Shown here piece after piece: positions 9,393-18,960 of a stretch of 64,000 bases of DNA (the first letter of the stretch is position 1; every line of letters starts with the position of its first letter). The notes under the pieces were generated by a model that saw only the letters and a program-made list of their open reading frames with translations, did no database searches and was not told where the DNA came from. Source of the DNA: Candidatus Marinacidobacterales bacterium (GTDB lineage: Bacteria > Acidobacteriota > Vicinamibacteria > Marinacidobacterales > DATDRI01); contig OZ245365.1 of assembly GCA_965226495.1 (NCBI GenBank), forward strand, positions 4,352,001 to 4,416,000, in the 5' to 3' direction. The position numbers and the translations under genes were made by a program.

Positions 9393-11978
9393 ATGCGAAA
9401 ATTCCTATTACCAGCCGTTTTGCTGCCCCTCCCTTGGCTCGCCTTCGCTCCTTTGGAAGCGGCAGGAGGTCAAACTTCCATCCAAGAATCGGCCCGCGTC
9501 GTCCTCGAGCGTAGCTGCCTTCATTGCCACGGGGGCGAGAACAATTCCGGCCTCGACATGAGACAAAGGGAGAATCTCCTGAAGGGCGGCCCTCGTGGAC
9601 CCGCCGTCGTCCCGGGCCGACCGGAGGTGAGCCTCCTTTACCTCGCCGCCGCTCACGATGACGGGACCGATCTCGAGATGCCCTTCGGCGGCGATCGATT
9701 GGCGGAAGAAGATCTCGACGTCCTTGAAGCCTGGATTCGTGCCGGCGCTCCATGGAACGACCTCGAGGCGGCCGACTACCAAGCTCCAGCTTGGTGGTCC
9801 TTCAAGCCGCCTACGCGTCCGAAAGTCCCCGACGTCGGGGAGACGGCGTGGGTAGCGAACCCGATCGATGCCTTCGTTCTCGGCGAGCTCGAGGCGGCCG
9901 AGCTTTCGCACGCTCCCGCCGCCGACCGCCGGAGCCTCATTCGGCGCGCCTATTTCGATCTGATCGGGCTTCCTCCGACACCGGAGGAGGTAGAGACCTT
10001 CGTCGACGATCCGAACGAAGACTCGTACCCTACGCTCATCAGCAAGCTCTTGGCTTCGCCTCACTACGGCGAGAGGTGGGGAAGGCACTGGCTGGACGTC
10101 GTGCGCTATGCCGACAGCACCGGATTCGAGAGCGACGAGTACTTCCCTTACGCCTGGCGGTACCGGGATTACGTGGTCAAGTCCTTCAACGAAGACAAAC
10201 CGTACGATCGGTTTCTGCAGGAACAAATCGCGGCAGACGAGATCTGGCCTGACGATCTCGACACCCAGGGCGGGTACTCGATCCCCCCTCGCAAGCTCAG
10301 GCATTTGGAGGCGCGGGTCGGTACCGGTCTCTACGCCTTCGGCCCTGTCGTGGGTGAGTCGAAGATGAACGACAAGACGTTGACTTCCGAAAACCTCACC
10401 GACTGGGTGAACGTCACCGGGGCGGCTTTCATGGGTGCGACCCTGGCGTGCGCACGCTGCCATGACCACAAGTTCGATCCTATCTCTCAGAAAGACTACT
10501 ACCGGATGCAAGCGATCTTTGCAGGTAGCCACACGGTCGACATCCCATTGTCTTCGAGGATGGCTAGTTTCTGGCGGAACTATTGGCACCCGAAGCTCAT
10601 CGACCTCGACGCAAAGCGCAAGGGCTATAAGTCGTTCGTCTCCGAGATCAAGGATCGCGCCACGGCAGTAAAGAAGAAAGAGTTTCCGCGCGAGGTTGTT
10701 GATGCTTATGAGGTCATCAAGCCCACCGCCGAGCAAGCAAAGCGGGCCGCACCTCTAAAAAAGGCCATCGACACCGTAGACCTCGAGCAATACATGTCCC
10801 CCGAGGAGCTCGAAGAAAGAGACGCTCTGAAGAATCTTCTCCTGAACGCGCTTGTCAATTTGCCGGAGAAGGAACCGGCGAATACGGTGTTCTATGAAGC
10901 TCTCTTCGACAACCCGACGGCGCGCGTTCTCGAGCGTCGCTGGCCCGAGCTGGTACCCGACATCCACGTCTTGGAGCGAGGCCAGCTGACGAACCCCATG
11001 GAGCGAGTCGATCCCGGCGTTCCCCTCGCGCTGGACGATGGCGCCATTTTCTTCGAACCGCAATCGGATTCTGTGCCTCACGTACCCCGCAGCAGGCAGA
11101 AGCTAGCCTTTTGGCTGACTCGCCCCGATCACCCGCTGACCGCTCGGGTGATGGTCAACCGCATCTGGCAATTCCACTTCGGGCAGGGTCTACTCACGAC
11201 ACCCAACGATCTGGGCCGAACCGGAGAACCGCCCAGTCACCCAGAGCTCTTGGACTGGTTGGCTACCGAATTCGTCCGGCGTGGATGGAGCATGAAAGCG
11301 ATGCACTGGCTCATCATGAACTCCAGCACGTATCGCATGACCAGCCGTTTCACCAGCGCCGAGGCGATGGAAACCGATCCCGAGAACCGCTTCCTGTGGC
11401 GCATGAATCGCCGACGGATCGAAGGAGAAGTTCTTTGGGACGCCGTCCATTCTGTGGCCGGGACGCTCGACTTGAAGATGGGAGGACGGCCGGTAATGCC
11501 GTCCTTGAGCGAAGAGGAGCTCTCTAGCCTGACCGATAACGGATTCTGGTTGCCCGTCGATGCTTCCGGACCGCCGCGGCGAGGTATCTACATTCTCAAT
11601 CGGAGGGGCTTCCAATTCCCCTTGTTCGCCAAGTTCGATCACCCGGAAAACGCCCTGAGCTGCCCCCGGAGAGACGTCACGACGGTCGCACCCCAGGCCT
11701 TGTGGTTGATGAACAACCGAACCGCGTACCATCAGGCCGAGCAATTCGCGACCCGTCTTGTGGAAGAAAAAGGCGACGATCCGGGCGACCGAGTGACACG
11801 GGCTTGGAAGCTCGCGCTGGGACGCGGTCCGACCGCCGAGGAGACCGACGAAGCACTCGCCCTTCTCGACGAGCTGGCAGGCGCCGCCGGAACCAACGGA
11901 GACGAACTGAGGGCTCAAGCGTTGACCGAGCTTTGCCTGGCTGTTTTCAACCTGAACGAGTTCGTTTACATTGACTGA
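9393..11978 (+). CDS. Planctomycete cytochrome c + DUF1549 + DUF1553 (PSD) protein
   Basis: Signal peptide, CLHCH, NPIDAF, HYGERWGRHWLDVVRYADS, CARCHDHKFDP, HPLTARVMVNRIWQFHFG, PSHPELLDWLA, NLNEFVYID. Confidence 0.92.
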   Translation: MRKFLLPAVLLPLPWLAFAPLEAAGGQTSIQESARVVLERSCLHCHGGENNSGLDMRQRENLLKGGPRGPAVVPGRPEVSLLYLAAAHDDGTDLEMPFGGDRLAEEDLDVLEAWIRAGAPWNDLEAADYQAPAWWSFKPPTRPKVPDVGETAWVANPIDAFVLGELEAAELSHAPAADRRSLIRRAYFDLIGLPPTPEEVETFVDDPNEDSYPTLISKLLASPHYGERWGRHWLDVVRYADSTGFESDEYFPYAWRYRDYVVKSFNEDKPYDRFLQEQIAADEIWPDDLDTQGGYSIPPRKLRHLEARVGTGLYAFGPVVGESKMNDKTLTSENLTDWVNVTGAAFMGATLACARCHDHKFDPISQKDYYRMQAIFAGSHTVDIPLSSRMASFWRNYWHPKLIDLDAKRKGYKSFVSEIKDRATAVKKKEFPREVVDAYEVIKPTAEQAKRAAPLKKAIDTVDLEQYMSPEELEERDALKNLLLNALVNLPEKEPANTVFYEALFDNPTARVLERRWPELVPDIHVLERGQLTNPMERVDPGVPLALDDGAIFFEPQSDSVPHVPRSRQKLAFWLTRPDHPLTARVMVNRIWQFHFGQGLLTTPNDLGRTGEPPSHPELLDWLATEFVRRGWSMKAMHWLIMNSSTYRMTSRFTSAEAMETDPENRFLWRMNRRRIEGEVLWDAVHSVAGTLDLKMGGRPVMPSLSEEELSSLTDNGFWLPVDASGPPRRGIYILNRRGFQFPLFAKFDHPENALSCPRRDVTTVAPQALWLMNNRTAYHQAEQFATRLVEEKGDDPGDRVTRAWKLALGRGPTAEETDEALALLDELAGAAGTNGDELRAQALTELCLAVFNLNEFVYID

Positions 11979-11988
11979 GAGGCTTTCG

Positions 11989-13455
11989 ATGAACCCCTTC
12001 GCCTGTGGCCGTGAGGTCAGAGTTAAAAACCGCCGCGAATTCTTGACCCAATCGGCCTTTGGATTCGGGGCACTGGCGCTCGGCCATTTGCTAGATCGCG
12101 ACGGGCTCGACTCCGCTTGGGCCGGGCAGGACGCGGTTTCGAGCATCAACCCGCTCGGTCCTCGACCACCACACTTCCCCGCCAAGGCGAAGTCGGTGAT
12201 TTTCATCTTCTTGCGTGGCGGCTTGAGCCAAGTGGACAGCTTCGACCCCAAGCCCGCTTTGGAACGCTTCGATGGCCACCCGCTTCCGGACAGCTTCCGC
12301 TCCGACAACCTGAACGCCCAATTCATCAAGATATCCGAAGCGAAATTGATGGCGCCCTCTTTCTCCTTCCGCCAGCACGGCGAGTCGGGTCTCCCCATCT
12401 CGGATCTATTCCCCGCCCTCACCGCACACGCCGACGATCTCGCGGTCATCCGATCCTGCTATCACGACGCGTTCCTTCATGGACCCGCCACCACTTGGCT
12501 CAACACCGGATCGATTCAGCTCGGCCACCCGAGTGCCGGGGCCTGGGTGCTCTACGGGCTGGGTGCGGAGACGGACAACCTCCCCGCCTACGTGGTGATG
12601 ACGGATTCCGGCCTAAGAGTTCCACTTCCCGCCGATATGTATGGCTCAGGATTCCTCCCCGCCGTTTACCAGGGCACGCGCGTCGAGACGGAAGGCGCGC
12701 CGTTCGAGAACCTCACTCCGCCTCCCGCGATCGGGGCGACCCGGCAACGGACGATCCTGGATCAAGTGCAGGCGTGGAACCGAAGGCACCTCGAAGGCCG
12801 CGAAGATGACACCCGCCTCGAGGCGCGCATTGCCAGCTACGAGTTGGCCTTCCGCATGCAAACCGGGGCGCCGGAGCTGGTAGACGTGTCCAAAGAGTCG
12901 CTCGCGGTCCGTGAGAGGTACGGGCTCGACCACGAAGTTACCTCCCAGTTCGGAAACATGTGCTTGCTTGCTCGTCGCATGGTGGAACGTGGGGTCCGGT
13001 TCGTGCAGCTCTTCAGCAACGACTGGGACGGCCACGAGCAGTGCCCGAAAAACCACCAAGAGAGCTCCGACAAAATTGACCGCCCGGTGGCCGGACTGCT
13101 CGCCGACTTGAAGGAACGAGGGTTGCTAGAAAGCACGCTCGTTGTTTGTGCCGGAGAGTTCGGGCGCACACCGGTGATGCAAGGAACTCGAGGAAGGGAC
13201 CATAACCCCTACGGCTTTACGATTTGGATGGCCGGCGGAGGGGTCCAAGGTGGCAAGGTGATCGGAGCGACCGACGAGCTCGGATTTCTCGCCGTCGAGG
13301 ACAAGGTCCATGTGCGCGACATCCACGCCACCATGCTTTCCCTGCTGGGTCTCGATCACGAGCGGCTCACGTTCCGGGTCCACGGCCTCGAGGAGAAGCT
13401 CACCGGAGTCGAGAAGGTGGAGAACAACCTCTACCCGAAGCTGACAAAGGCATGA
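11989..13455 (+). CDS. DUF1501 family protein (Tat-type, usual partner of DUF1553 proteins)
   Basis: RREFL, PHFPAKAKSVIFIFLRGGLSQVDSFDPKP, ARRMVERGVRFVQ, GEFGRTP, GRDHNP. Confidence 0.9.
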   Translation: MNPFACGREVRVKNRREFLTQSAFGFGALALGHLLDRDGLDSAWAGQDAVSSINPLGPRPPHFPAKAKSVIFIFLRGGLSQVDSFDPKPALERFDGHPLPDSFRSDNLNAQFIKISEAKLMAPSFSFRQHGESGLPISDLFPALTAHADDLAVIRSCYHDAFLHGPATTWLNTGSIQLGHPSAGAWVLYGLGAETDNLPAYVVMTDSGLRVPLPADMYGSGFLPAVYQGTRVETEGAPFENLTPPPAIGATRQRTILDQVQAWNRRHLEGREDDTRLEARIASYELAFRMQTGAPELVDVSKESLAVRERYGLDHEVTSQFGNMCLLARRMVERGVRFVQLFSNDWDGHEQCPKNHQESSDKIDRPVAGLLADLKERGLLESTLVVCAGEFGRTPVMQGTRGRDHNPYGFTIWMAGGGVQGGKVIGATDELGFLAVEDKVHVRDIHATMLSLLGLDHERLTFRVHGLEEKLTGVEKVENNLYPKLTKA

Positions 13456-13940
13456 TGAAAAGCGTTTTTCTCTTGATGGCGTTGGTCGCGGCAGCGCCGG
13501 GTTATGAAGGCTATGTAGGAAGGCTCGACCTGCGAACCGAGCTTCGGACCCCCGACGGCATCGAGATCCCCACCGGTCCCATCGATGTGGAGGTGCGGCA
13601 AGAAGCGGAGCACTATCTGCTTTTCTTGAAGCGGGGCGACAAACTCTTGGCGGTCCTAAACGGGCGAGTGGCGGGCGAAAACGACTCCGAGGTCGTGGTC
13701 CCTTTCATGGGCACGACCTTCCTCCGGCCGAAGGACCAAGTCATCGGCACCGAAGAAGAGCGACGGTTCAGCAAATCCGGACGCCCACTGTACGAGGAGG
13801 ATACGCGCGAGTGGAAGGCGACTCTCCGCGGCTATCGCTCGAAGGCGACGGATGGCAAGACCGTTTGGTTAGTCTTCCAAGAGCGCGGCGCGACGCACGG
13901 CGACTGGACCGTCGTCCGCTTTCCCTTAACGCTAGATTGA
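13452..13940 (+). CDS. Secreted hypothetical protein
   Basis: ATGA overlap with the upstream stop; signal peptide MMKSVFLLMALVAAA. Confidence 0.65.
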   Translation: MMKSVFLLMALVAAAPGYEGYVGRLDLRTELRTPDGIEIPTGPIDVEVRQEAEHYLLFLKRGDKLLAVLNGRVAGENDSEVVVPFMGTTFLRPKDQVIGTEEERRFSKSGRPLYEEDTREWKATLRGYRSKATDGKTVWLVFQERGATHGDWTVVRFPLTLD

Positions 13941-13954
13941 ATCGAGGCCCTGGG

Positions 13955-13997
13955 GGTGTCGAAAAGTAACAGAAAATCTCGTCCGGACGAGATTTTC
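13955..13997. repeat. 43-bp copy of an internal segment of the HNH gene, containing a perfect 26-bp palindrome
   Basis: GAAAATCTCGTCC|GGACGAGATTTTC at 13972-13997; 35 of 43 nt identical to 15918-15960 by manual count. Confidence 0.85.
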
Positions 13998-14025
13998 AAA
14001 GTGGTCAGACGCCGAGTGAGGGGAC

Positions 14026-14986
14026 ATGGCTCTTAACGCCGGTGACCGTCTCGGACCAACTATTCTTGGTATGACGAGGCTCACGAGCAAATCTGCCTCG
14101 TCACTCGAACTACCCCTCTCCCTTCTGGGGAGAGGGATTGGGTGAGGGGTCATGGCCCTTAGCGCTGGTACCAAGCTGGGCCCCTACGAAATTCTTGCAC
14201 CGATCGGTGCGGGTGGAATGGGCGAAGTCTATCGCGCCCAAGCGCCGCGCGAATCGGCAAGGGCGCGCTTCCTCTGGACCAAGCGCTCCAGTACGGAATC
14301 GAAATCGCTGACGCGTTAGACAAGGCCCATCGTCAAGGCGTCGTGCACCGGGATCTGAAGCCCGGAAACATCATGCTCACGAAGTCCGGTGCCAAGCTTC
14401 TGGATTTCGGCCTCGCGAAACTGGAAGTGGCGGGATCGGGACCCGATCTCTCGACGCTCCCCACCCAGCAAAAATCGCTGACGCAAGCTGGGGCCATTCT
14501 GGGAACGTTCCAGTACATGGCGCCCGAGCAGTTGGAAGGCAACGAAGCCGATGCACGCACCGATATCTTCGCTTTCGGATCGGTGCTCTATGAGATGGTG
14601 ACCGGGCGGCGAGCGTTCGAGGGAAAAAGCCAAGCGAGCCTCATCGCGGCGATTCTAGAGCGCGAGCCCCCGGCGATGTCGACTCTCCAAACGATGACGC
14701 CACCGTTTGGATCCTTGGCGGTAGCCATCTCGCGTTTGCGTCCCAAAGGACGGCTCTGTCTTCCATCGCTGCCGACGGGAGCGCCGGGGAATCAGAGCCT
14801 CTTTTGACCGATGCCAGTCCCAAGTGGCCCCGCGCTTGGTCGCCCCAGTCCCAGGAGCTCTTGTATGATCGGCCCAATCCCGAGTTTGATGCCGACATAC
14901 TAGCCGTCCAAATCAGTGGGAACCGTGAACCTCACGTCGTCGTACAAGCAAAAGGTGACGATGGTCTAAGTTCTCTTTCGTCCTAA
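14026..14986 (+). pseudogene. Degraded Ser/Thr protein kinase gene(s), probably with a C-terminal beta-propeller
   Basis: Two N-termini (MALNAGDRLGP at 14026; [29 protein letters not shown] at 14152). A deletion removes the VAIK and alphaC region; HRDLKPGN, DFG and GTFQYMAPE remain; then truncation and a PRAWSP TolB-like fragment. Confidence 0.85.
14114..14149. repeat. REP-like hairpin (CCCTCTCCC-n-GGGAGAGGG...GGGTGAGGG type)
   Basis: ccctctcccttctggggagagggattgggtgagggg; a widespread extragenic palindrome type. Confidence 0.65.
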
Positions 14987-15195
14987 TCAAAAAATCACTT
15001 GACAAGTTCTGTGATACAAAAACAAGAAGTACGCAGCCGTTAGCACAAATACCATCAGGAACTGCACACACGCTATCTCCCATCCTTTCTCCACAACTTT
15101 AGAATTTTCTTCAACCGTGCACGTTTGCAAGTCATTCCATACCAGTGAGGCCTACAAAAAAGTCGTTGCTATATTACAAAGAGGGAGCAACGGCC

Positions 15196-16239
15196 ATGAT
15201 CGAACAAGTTAAGAAGTATTTCGGAACGCTTGAAGGTTTATCCACCGAAGAGCTCGACCGGTCCACCGAGAAGCTGGTCCGTGCGGAGAAAAGAAATGTC
15301 GCGCTCGTCATCGCTCACGTCACCGAGATGTCGAGGCGCAAGGGTTACCTGGACTGTGGGTACAAGAATTTGTTCGACTACTGCACGAGGCGGCTGATCC
15401 TAAGCGAGGGTTCGGTCGCCCGCCGGATTCAGGTAGCCAATGTAGCGCGACGTTTCCCTCAGATACTCGTGGCCCTAGCCGAGAACCGCATGAGCCTCAC
15501 GGTGGCGGGACTCCTCGCGCCCGTTCTCACTGAGAGCAACGTCGAGAAGCTTCTCGAGGATTGCGCTGGAATGACCAGGCGCGAGGTCGAGGAGTACCTG
15601 GTCGCGATCCGGCCAAAGCCCGTCTTCGCGCCCTTGATTCGAAAGATGCCAACCAGGGCGCCCGTCGAGCCGCCGCCAGTTCTGACGGCGCGCCCGACTT
15701 CCAGGGTGTCACCGACGATCCTCGAGCCAGCACGACCTGAGGTGTTCAATTTTCGCTTCTCCGCCGACCGGAAGTTCAGAGAGAAGTTCGAGCGCTTGGC
15801 TGAGGTTCTCGGAGTTCAAAACTCCCAGCAACAGATGGCCGAGATCATGGAGCAGGCCCTGGACATCGCTCTCGACAAGAAAGATTTGAAGAGAAAGCGT
15901 GCACGGCGCCTTCAGAAGGTGTCGAAAAGTAACAAAAAACCTTGCCCGGGCAAGATTTCTGGCAAGTCCCGCTACATTCCCTCAGAGGTCCGCGAGCGCA
16001 TCCAAGATCGCGCCGGCTACCAATGCGAATTCCGGGGTCGGGACGGGACTCGGTGTCGCCAACGAACAGGGCTCGAAATCGAGCACTTGCGAGCCTATGC
16101 CTTGGATGGCAGCCACAATGAGCGGAATCTACGCCTTCACTGTGGCCCCCACAATCGCCTGACGGCGGAGCGGACCTTCGGCGCCGGGTTCATCCAAGGA
16201 AAGATCGATGCTTCCCGGCGGAGAGGCGATCCCTCGTAG
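15196..16239 (+). CDS. HNH endonuclease with DUF222-like helical N-terminus
   Basis: GYKNLFDYC...LSEGSVARRI N-terminus; SRYIPSEVRERI, YQCEF...C, LEIEH...GSHNERNLRLHCGPHN at the C-terminus; RBS GAGGGAG before the ATG at 15196. Confidence 0.85.
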   Translation: MIEQVKKYFGTLEGLSTEELDRSTEKLVRAEKRNVALVIAHVTEMSRRKGYLDCGYKNLFDYCTRRLILSEGSVARRIQVANVARRFPQILVALAENRMSLTVAGLLAPVLTESNVEKLLEDCAGMTRREVEEYLVAIRPKPVFAPLIRKMPTRAPVEPPPVLTARPTSRVSPTILEPARPEVFNFRFSADRKFREKFERLAEVLGVQNSQQQMAEIMEQALDIALDKKDLKRKRARRLQKVSKSNKKPCPGKISGKSRYIPSEVRERIQDRAGYQCEFRGRDGTRCRQRTGLEIEHLRAYALDGSHNERNLRLHCGPHNRLTAERTFGAGFIQGKIDASRRRGDPS

Positions 16240-16244
16240 CCAGC

Positions 16245-17582
16245 CTAAGTCTCGATCCCGTACACCCTCTTTGCGTTGTCCGCGAATACGTTCCGCGCCA
16301 TTTTCTCGCAATCTCTCTCCGTCCAGCCGTAGTGGGAGCGATAGTCGTTTAGCACCTTGGCCATGACGCGGCGCATATTCTCGGCGCAGTAGCCCATGAT
16401 TTCCGGCACGGTGTCCGAGTCGCTTCCGTGCATCAGTTTCTCGGAGGGTGCCAAGCCGAGGAACGTACGGAGGAGCTCCTCGAGGACGCCCGGGAAATTG
16501 CAGTAGAAGGAGACATCGGTATACACGTTCGGGAATTCACTCAACAGTGCCGCGACGTGGTGATGGTAAGGGTAACCCGAGTGGATGATCACGAACCTCG
16601 TTTCCACTCGCTTGATGTCGTCGTCTTGGAACACGTGGTAAAGCCCCAGAGGACTGTTCCAGTCGAACCGCAGCGCTGGGTGGAGAGCCACCGCAGAGTG
16701 GATGATGATCACCAGACCCAGCTCCCCAGCCCTCACGTAGATGTGCTTGAGTAGAAAGTCCTGGTAGGACCGCAAGGCCCGGGCCAGCTCCGGATCCTTG
16801 TAGAGAGGGACGGTTCTTCCAGGCACGTAAGCCGTCGGTTCGTTCGTGAGGAGGGCCTTGAGATCCTGATCCGCCTGGGCCTTCTCCACTTTCTCGATAG
16901 AGAGAGGACGGAAGTAAGCGATGGGTATCTTGAGCCCGGCGCAACCGTTGGACTTACACGTTTCCAAAACACTATCGATCGCCTCGGTGACCTCTCCGAT
17001 CTGCTGGGCACCCTTCGCCTTCGCCCAGTCCGGCTGGATCAGATCGCCGATCGAGTAGCTCCACCGGAACCGGTCGTCGGGGACGAGAGCCTTGGGGCGC
17101 ACCGGTTCTTTTCCGCGACTCTGCAACAAAATCCCGGTGATCTTCTCTCGGTCCATGATGGCGCGGATGTAAGCGGTGTAGTCCCCTCCCTTGTGCCTCG
17201 TCTGAATCGAGTTCACGCCCTCGATCGAAGGCTCCACTCCGTAAACTCGGGAGACGTAGTTCTGAATCCCCGTCTGGCGCGGCATGAGCTCGATCTGCTT
17301 CTTGAACGTCACCGCCAACCTCGCCCGTAGAGCGTCTTTTCCCGGATAGTCGTACACCGGCGTCAGCGCATCGACGAAGGAGCCGTTCCAGCGGTCCTGG
17401 TACTCGGTGAGGGTCATACGATCGTGTTGGTGCACGTGGACGTCGATGATCTCCATGTCGGAGAGGTTGACGGAACCTACCTTGAAATTTCCGGAGCTTG
17501 ACTGTGCTTGGGCTTTGCTACCGGTTAGGAAACCCGCTATTCCGCCGAGGCTGAGTGTTTTCAGAAAATTACGTCGAAACAT
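16245..17582 (-). CDS. Tat-exported amidohydrolase (Amidohydro_2, FluG/nodulin-6-like), copy 2
   Basis: MFRRNFLK start at 17582 with AGGAG RBS; IIDVHVH, FVIIHSGYPY, FPNVYTDVS, KLMHGSD, NAKRVY. Confidence 0.85.
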   Translation of the reverse strand: MFRRNFLKTLSLGGIAGFLTGSKAQAQSSSGNFKVGSVNLSDMEIIDVHVHQHDRMTLTEYQDRWNGSFVDALTPVYDYPGKDALRARLAVTFKKQIELMPRQTGIQNYVSRVYGVEPSIEGVNSIQTRHKGGDYTAYIRAIMDREKITGILLQSRGKEPVRPKALVPDDRFRWSYSIGDLIQPDWAKAKGAQQIGEVTEAIDSVLETCKSNGCAGLKIPIAYFRPLSIEKVEKAQADQDLKALLTNEPTAYVPGRTVPLYKDPELARALRSYQDFLLKHIYVRAGELGLVIIIHSAVALHPALRFDWNSPLGLYHVFQDDDIKRVETRFVIIHSGYPYHHHVAALLSEFPNVYTDVSFYCNFPGVLEELLRTFLGLAPSEKLMHGSDSDTVPEIMGYCAENMRRVMAKVLNDYRSHYGWTERDCEKMARNVFADNAKRVYGIET

Positions 17583-17592
17583 GACCACTCTC

Positions 17593-18939
17593 CTATGTTT
17601 GGATCCCGTAAACTCGCTTTGCATTGTCACTGAGAACGTTCCGTGCCATTTTCTCGCAGTCCTTCTCCGACCACCCGTAGTGTGTGCGGTAGTCGTTGAG
17701 GACCTTCGCCAGCACGCGACGCATATTGTCTGCGCAGTACCCCATGGTCTCCGGAACAATCCCGGAGTCGGCTCCGTGCATGATCTTCTCCGAAGGTGCT
17801 AGTCCGAGGAACGCTCGGAGGATCTCCTCCAGTGTTCCCGGAAAGTTGGAATAAAAGGAGACGTCGGCGTAGACGTTCGGAAACTCGCTCAATAGTGAGG
17901 CGAGATGATGATGGTAGGGGTAGGCGGAATGAATGATGACGAATTGCGTCTCCACCCGCTTGATTTCGTCGTCCTGGAAAACGTGCCAAAGCCCCAGCGG
18001 GCTGTTGTTCTCGAACTGCAGAGCTGGATGTAAGGCGACGGCAGAATGGATGATGATCCGAAGTCCCAGCTCCCCCGCCTTCACATACATGTGCCTTAGC
18101 AGAAAATCCTGGTAGGAGCGCAGCGCCCTTTGGAGCGCGGGATCGTCGTATAGAGGGATACGGTGATGGCCGCCGTAAGGAGCGTCGCTGGCAAGCAGGG
18201 CTTTCAAGTCTCGATCCGCCTGCGCCTCGGTAACCTTTTCGATGCTTAGCGGGCGGTAGTAGGCGGCGGAGATCTTGAGCCCCGCACATCCGTTGGATTT
18301 AGCGGACTCCAAAACACGGTCGATCGCCTCGGTGACATCGCCAATTTGCTGCGCGCCTTTTTCTTCCGCCCAATCGGGCTGGATCATGTAATTGGTGTAG
18401 TAGCTCCAAGCGAACCGGTCGTCGGGGACGAGACTCTTGGGGCGTACCGGTTCCCGGTCTGCCGACTGCAAGAGAATCGCGGAGATCTTCTCCCGATCCA
18501 AGATCGACCGGATGTAGGCTGTGTAATCGCCGCCGATGTGCTTGGCCTGTATGGAATCGACGCCCTCTGGCGAAGCCTCGACACCGTAGGTTCTCGCCAT
18601 GTAGGCCTCCATGCCGACTTGGCGCGGAATCCGGTAGAGATGCTCCTTGAACGTGACCGACAGACGATCACGGAGCGCCTCCTTCCCGGGATAGTCGTAG
18701 GCCGGTGTCAGGGCATCGACGAAAGAACCGTTCCACTTTGCATGAGATTCCGAAAGAGTCATCTCCGCGGGTTGGTGGACGTGGACGTCGATGATCTCCA
18801 TTTCCGATAGATCGAGAGAACCCACCGAATAGTCCTGCTGGGTGGGTTCGACTCGTGCCTCCGCGCCGACCGTTCGTCCGGCGAGCAAGCCGAACGCTCC
18901 ACCGAGTCCAAAATGTTTGAGAAAATTACGTCGAAACAT
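17593..18939 (-). CDS. Tat-exported amidohydrolase (Amidohydro_2, FluG/nodulin-6-like), copy 1
   Basis: MFRRNFLK, IIDVHVH, FPNVYADVS, KIMHGAD; colinear paralog of 16245-17582. Confidence 0.85.
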   Translation of the reverse strand: MFRRNFLKHFGLGGAFGLLAGRTVGAEARVEPTQQDYSVGSLDLSEMEIIDVHVHQPAEMTLSESHAKWNGSFVDALTPAYDYPGKEALRDRLSVTFKEHLYRIPRQVGMEAYMARTYGVEASPEGVDSIQAKHIGGDYTAYIRSILDREKISAILLQSADREPVRPKSLVPDDRFAWSYYTNYMIQPDWAEEKGAQQIGDVTEAIDRVLESAKSNGCAGLKISAAYYRPLSIEKVTEAQADRDLKALLASDAPYGGHHRIPLYDDPALQRALRSYQDFLLRHMYVKAGELGLRIIIHSAVALHPALQFENNSPLGLWHVFQDDEIKRVETQFVIIHSAYPYHHHLASLLSEFPNVYADVSFYSNFPGTLEEILRAFLGLAPSEKIMHGADSGIVPETMGYCADNMRRVLAKVLNDYRTHYGWSEKDCEKMARNVLSDNAKRVYGIQT

Positions 18940-18960
18940 GAGTACCCTCCTGCAGAGCTC

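Noticed and set aside
9408-12449. Long antisense ORFs (442 and 419 aa here; also 33398-34867 and 47816-48964)
   Set aside because: Shadow frames of GC-rich genes with no recognisable motifs.
14987-15195. AT-rich region upstream of the HNH gene as a possible guide RNA or CRISPR-like array
   Set aside because: No repeats or strong hairpins visible; best read as a promoter region.
17583-17759. 59-aa extension of the second amidohydrolase
   Set aside because: Overlaps the upstream paralog; the RBS and paralog alignment support the ATG at 17582.
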